Of a stretch of DNA of 64,000 nucleotides, positions 62,056 through 64,000 are shown in pieces. Position numbers and translations under genes: made by a program. Numbering within the stretch: position 1 is the stretch's first letter; the number at the start of each line of letters is the position of its first letter. The stretch lies in IMG/VR virus record IMGVR_UViG_3300044984_003074; one strand, given 5' to 3'. The stretch is from a virus (Duplodnaviria > Heunggongvirae > Uroviricota > Caudoviricetes). The notes beneath the pieces were generated by a model. That model was not told the origin of the DNA and ran no database searches. It worked only from the letters and a program-made list of their open reading frames with translations.

Positions 62056-62748
62056 ATGAAAATAACAATGTTGAGTGATACTCATAATAAACACAAACAA
62101 GTTACATTAGATTTACCTGGTGGAGACTTGTTGGTACATAGTGGTGATATCTCTTCAATGGGTTACGAACATGAAATCAGAGAGTTCTGTAAATGGTTTA
62201 ATGGTATTGAGGGTTATACTCACAAAGTATTCATTGCGGGAAATCACGATTGGGGCTTTCAAGATAATGTTGACAAAGTAAAAGAAATATTAGATTTCTA
62301 CACTGGAATAACTTATCTTCAAGATAGTGAATTGGTAATCAAAGTTGGTGATGAAAGAGAAGTAAAAATTTATGGTAGTCCTTGGCAACCTTGGTTTTAC
62401 GATTGGGCTTTTAATCTTCAAAAAAATGGTATTGGATTGGCATCTAGATGGGAAGCAATCCCTGATGATACTGATATCTTATTAACTCATGGACCTGCAT
62501 TTGGTATATTAGATACCGTTGAAGGTAGAAGACACGATAATTTGGGTTGTGAGTTATTAGCAGAAAGATTAGAAAGATTGAATGTTAAACTTCATAATGT
62601 TGGTCATATCCACACAGGTTATGGTTATGTTAGAAAAGGAGATACACATCACTTCAATACTGCGGTTTTAGATGAAAGATACACTTATACTCAAAAACCA
62701 ATAACTATTGATTGGAACCCTGAAACAAACGAGGTTACTTATGATTAA
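62056..62748 (+). CDS. calcineurin-like metallophosphoesterase (second copy)
   Basis: 230 aa; LSDTHNKH, VHSGDISSMG, IAGNHDW, LTHGP, GHIHTGYG. Confidence 0.55.
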   Translation: MKITMLSDTHNKHKQVTLDLPGGDLLVHSGDISSMGYEHEIREFCKWFNGIEGYTHKVFIAGNHDWGFQDNVDKVKEILDFYTGITYLQDSELVIKVGDEREVKIYGSPWQPWFYDWAFNLQKNGIGLASRWEAIPDDTDILLTHGPAFGILDTVEGRRHDNLGCELLAERLERLNVKLHNVGHIHTGYGYVRKGDTHHFNTAVLDERYTYTQKPITIDWNPETNEVTYD

Positions 62749-63064
62749 AGAACTATGTGAATGTGGTAAAGTTGCTGTATGGTGTTACATGCCAGGATAT
62801 TCTTCTGGCAGTAGCCCATACTTTTGTGACGAATGTGTCCATCGTGGATGTGACTGTCATTATAGACATATTGATGTTAATACATATCATCCTCCATTAT
62901 ACGAGCAAGAATCACCTGAAGGGATAGAAAGTGTTGATTGGAAATGGGTGGAAGACAACAAAGTTTGGACACCCATTGATGATAAAGGTCGGGAATGGCC
63001 CTGTTCCGAATATGACCAAGAATTAGAAGGGTATGAAAGAGAAATTAATCCACATATAATATGA
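62708..63064 (+). CDS. Cys/His-rich putative zinc-binding protein
   Basis: 118 aa; CECGK...CDECVHRGCDCH. Confidence 0.3.
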   Translation: MIGTLKQTRLLMIKELCECGKVAVWCYMPGYSSGSSPYFCDECVHRGCDCHYRHIDVNTYHPPLYEQESPEGIESVDWKWVEDNKVWTPIDDKGREWPCSEYDQELEGYEREINPHII

Positions 63065-63373
63065 AACAAGATAACGATAAAGAGATTTTACTTTGTAACT
63101 GTCATTCAACTGACCATCAATTAGTAATACTCTACAGTGAAGATGAATTAGACAATGGTAGTAAATACCCAATGGTATATGCACACATACATTTAAACAA
63201 ATTGCCATTTTGGGAGAGATTAAAATATGGTTTAAAATATATTTTTGGTCATAAATGTAGATATGGTGCGTTTGATGAGTTTATTTTTAATCCTGAGGAT
63301 GCAACCAAATTAAAAGAAGTGGTAAAATACTTAAAAAAAGAAAAAACTAAAAAAACTAAAAAACTAAAAAAAA

Positions 63374-63778
63374 ATGGTTAAAATTTATTTAGATGATGTT
63401 AGAACACCTGTTGATAAAGATTGGACCGTAGTTAGAAACTACGAACAATTTGTTGACACAGTTACTTACATCGGATTGGAAAACATTGAGTTAATCTCTT
63501 TGGACCATGATTTGGGAGATACTGCAATGGCTGAATGGCATAAAAATGTTTATCACAACTATACTTTAAATTATGATAACATTTTAGAAAAAACTGGGAT
63601 GGATTGTGTGAAATGGTTAATCAATCAATGGTTAGATGGACAACCTGTAGTTGAAGTGGTAGTACACTCTGCAAATGCCGTTGGTAGTGCGAATATGATG
63701 GGATACATAAACAACTACAGACACATTCACAGATTACCTCAGAATTGTGTTAGAGTTCAAATTGAACATACAGTATAA
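63374..63778 (+). CDS. hypothetical protein (possible cyclic-phosphate-processing receiver-like domain)
   Basis: 134 aa; MVKIYLDDVRTP...SLDHDLGD acidic motifs. Confidence 0.25.
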   Translation: MVKIYLDDVRTPVDKDWTVVRNYEQFVDTVTYIGLENIELISLDHDLGDTAMAEWHKNVYHNYTLNYDNILEKTGMDCVKWLINQWLDGQPVVEVVVHSANAVGSANMMGYINNYRHIHRLPQNCVRVQIEHTV

Positions 63779-64000
63779 AAAGGCGGAGAAATCCACCTTT
63801 TTTGATATTTATTAATATGGCAGACCAAAGTAACTTTTCAAGATTCCCAAAAAAACAATTAGTTTTTATTGCAAGTAAAATTGTTGATGATGGATTTGAT
63901 TGGCAATCATTAGATAATGATTACGAAAATGAATATGAAGATTGTGAAAAAACACTTAAAAATGTCTCCTCATACTTTAATGAACCAGTTGTTGAAGAAG

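Overview
AT-rich (~33% GC) bacteriophage genome segment with a T4-like head-morphogenesis module on the minus strand. In gene order: large terminase, gp20-like portal, two small core proteins, gp21-like prohead protease, an acidic repeat scaffold and a gp23-like major capsid protein that runs off the left edge. Between 26 and 35.4 kb lies a minus-strand tRNA array of about 25 tRNAs that together cover all 20 amino acids, with one further plus-strand tRNA-Ser at 57.5 kb. The array is interrupted by GC-rich structured segments that are not tRNAs. At 21.6–22.0 kb there is a ~400-nt tmRNA-like (ssrA) gene with a G3:U70 acceptor pair and an encoded CCA end. The phage also encodes an N-domain-less ClpC-type unfoldase that has a UVR linker and a ClpP-docking loop, a divergently transcribed double-UVR small protein, and a ClpP protease. 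Other content: a T4 Rnl1-like RNA ligase with a P-loop kinase and HAD phosphatases, thymidylate synthase with long insertions, methylglyoxal synthase, a ferritin-like protein, a Pol-beta nucleotidyltransferase next to a KTSC protein, a PT-repeat two-domain surface protein, three or more peptidoglycan hydrolases (GH73, GH19, M15), two HNH homing endonucleases, two metallophosphoesterases and many short unknown early-type ORFs. All coordinates of RNA genes were worked out by hand and are approximate to within a few nt. No CRISPR array and no integrase were seen.
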